Assembly: GCF_009914755.1 (NCBI RefSeq)
Contig: NC_060930.1
From: the human T2T-CHM13v2.0 reference genome, Homo sapiens
DNA length: 64,000 bases
Reading direction: 5' to 3' (one strand)
Positions 62,164-64,000 of this stretch are shown piece by piece; the first letter of the stretch is position 1, and each line of letters begins with the position of its first letter. The notes beneath the pieces were generated by a model. That model had not been told where the DNA came from. It ran no database searches and saw only the letters and a list, made by a program, of their open reading frames with translations. The translations under genes were made by a program, and so were the position numbers.

Positions 62164-64000
62164 AAACAGCTGATGAGATTGAACCTTATTTGTTATTACT
62201 ATTTTTTTTTTTTCACTGAGGGATGTTGGAACAAGTATTTCAAGTTTTCCCAATCCTTTCTGCATCCTACAATAAATAAGAAGGCTCTGATTGAAAGAAG
62301 ATGATGAATCTTTATAATATCTTTTTGCATACATCACAGGAATTGAGAAAATGAGTAATGATGGGGTAACAAATCCTTTTTAATTTTTAAACAAATTTTA
62401 AAGTGGGCCTAATTTAATTGTCAGCTTAGAATTTATTTAAAATATTTGATGATAGGTGGTTATATGGTTTTTAGCCTGTAACTCAGAAATAATTTAAAGA
62501 ATTTGGTGATTTTGCTGTGTAACATGGGAAAAACTGGGATTTGGGGGGATTGTTTTTTGTGAATTTAATTTATAAAAATAAAAAATAACAACAGAACCCC
62601 AATAGTCTACTCTTCCTCATTATGGCAATAAATAATATTAATACATAAATATTTGATTTAATTCATAACAATGTAAAATTTCTGTTAAAAAAGTACTTTT
62701 TGTATTTTAAAATGTGATAAATATCAAGTTGCTATGATAGTTTAGTTTCAAAGATACAACTTTTAGATGTCAATATTTGATGTAGTATAGAAATCACATT
62801 TTTTATACCTGTTTAACCTTCTCATGAAAAGGTGTAGACATCAACATAAAAACATGTTAAGGGATACATTTCTATAATCTTAGAGCATATAATAATTTTA
62901 TAAATTCCTAGAGCAAGGAAACTTTTTTTTGTGAGAAAAAAATTCAAGAGTATTTTGCTAAACTACTTGCTGATTCATAAAAGCTGCATGGGCTATGTGC
63001 TACCCTCTGCCAGGAATCCTTCTGCATTCCTATTAATTTGACTAACTTACTGACTCAGTGCAGATTTTACTTCTTACAGATTATTTTTCATGACCTCTTA
63101 AAGATGATCTAGAAATTGTTCTTGTGTGCCCCTCATCACATGTGTTATAATATAAACATCTGTTTATCTTTCAATCTTGATTCTCCTGGAGGACAGGGAT
63201 TATCTTTTTCTTTTTTTACCACCTGACACATAAATGGAATTTACAAATTCTTAATGAATGCCTCCTCTCTAAATATTACTAATAGTCCACTAAAATGTAA
63301 ACTCTATGAGAACAAGAAGTATGTCGTGTGATGATCATTGAATGTCCACCTCCTAATATAGTATCTAAGACATGTTAGATAACCTGTAAAACTTATCTGT
63401 TGATTGAGTAAACAAACTATACAGTAATTCATAGCTTTTTTTTTTAATGTTCTACCACAAATCAATGACAAAATAGAATGGAAACAATCCTAGTACTCTA
63501 ACTCATTACCTTACTATGTTTATAATGAATTTTAGATTGAGTCATAGGTCATATTATCATATGATTTACACCTTGTGCCCTATCCTTTCTAGTATTTATA
63601 TCATTTCCAAAAATGATTCACTTCTGGCCTTAATGGGAATTTTCTAGTGTTTTATCACTTTTTAAAATTACCTTAATATTCCTACATTTCGAAGTTGGTT
63701 GGTCTTTTGTTTTCTTTTTAAATCAGGAATGAATGTTGAAATAATGTATATCAAATTACTTTTGGCCGTCTATGGAAATGCTAATAGGCTTATTGTTTAT
63801 GTGTTTGAACTTTTTAATGTAAGTAGCAGCAAAATAGTAAATTCTCTCATATTTGAAACATCCCTCCATTTCTGGAAAGAATCCCATTAGTTTTTGCATT
63901 TTCTTTTAATTAAACTTTTTCTTTTGAAATAGTTGTAGGTCCATGTGCAGCACATGTAGTTGTAAGAAATATTACAGAGAGATTCTGTGTACCCTTTACC

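Noticed and set aside
61732-62337. 186-aa and other Alu-spanning ORFs (also 14943-15209, 51503-51862, 53426-53701)
   Set aside because: Typical Alu-derived translations with no evidence of coding function.

Overview
Human (hominid) genomic DNA, mostly interspersed repeats. I recognise it as the NMBR-GJE1-VTA1 locus on 6q24 from the encoded proteins; no alignment was run. Two host genes are visible, both on the + strand. (1) GJE1/connexin 23: three coding exons (43249-43287, 43940-44122, 44620-45012). With the consensus splice sites it has an in-frame TAG at codon 77, where connexins have an invariant Trp, and the same base change creates an in-frame AG acceptor. (2) VTA1: CpG-island promoter, coding exon 1 (57380-57491) and the start of intron 1. 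A near full-length, human-specific L1HS Ta-1nd (33026-39049, - strand, 10-bp TSD) lies 4.2 kb upstream of GJE1. It has an open ORF1 (with T203M), ORF2 broken by one nonsense codon, and an intact antisense ORF0 pointing at GJE1/VTA1. The rest is older L1PA/L1M, Alu, MIR/L2, MaLR LTRs, a MER57 ERV remnant with a nested solo HERV-H LTR7, a Tigger1, a perfect 24-bp VNTR, a CTCF-like site and several template-switch scars. I found no prokaryotic-type system (CRISPR etc.) and cannot claim a wholly new system. The best leads are the GJE1 stop/acceptor switch, a phase-compatible L1 ORF0-VTA1 fusion, and an inverted templated copy of a specific Alu plus its flank. Repeat subfamily names are from recalled consensus sequences and need RepeatMasker/Dfam confirmation.
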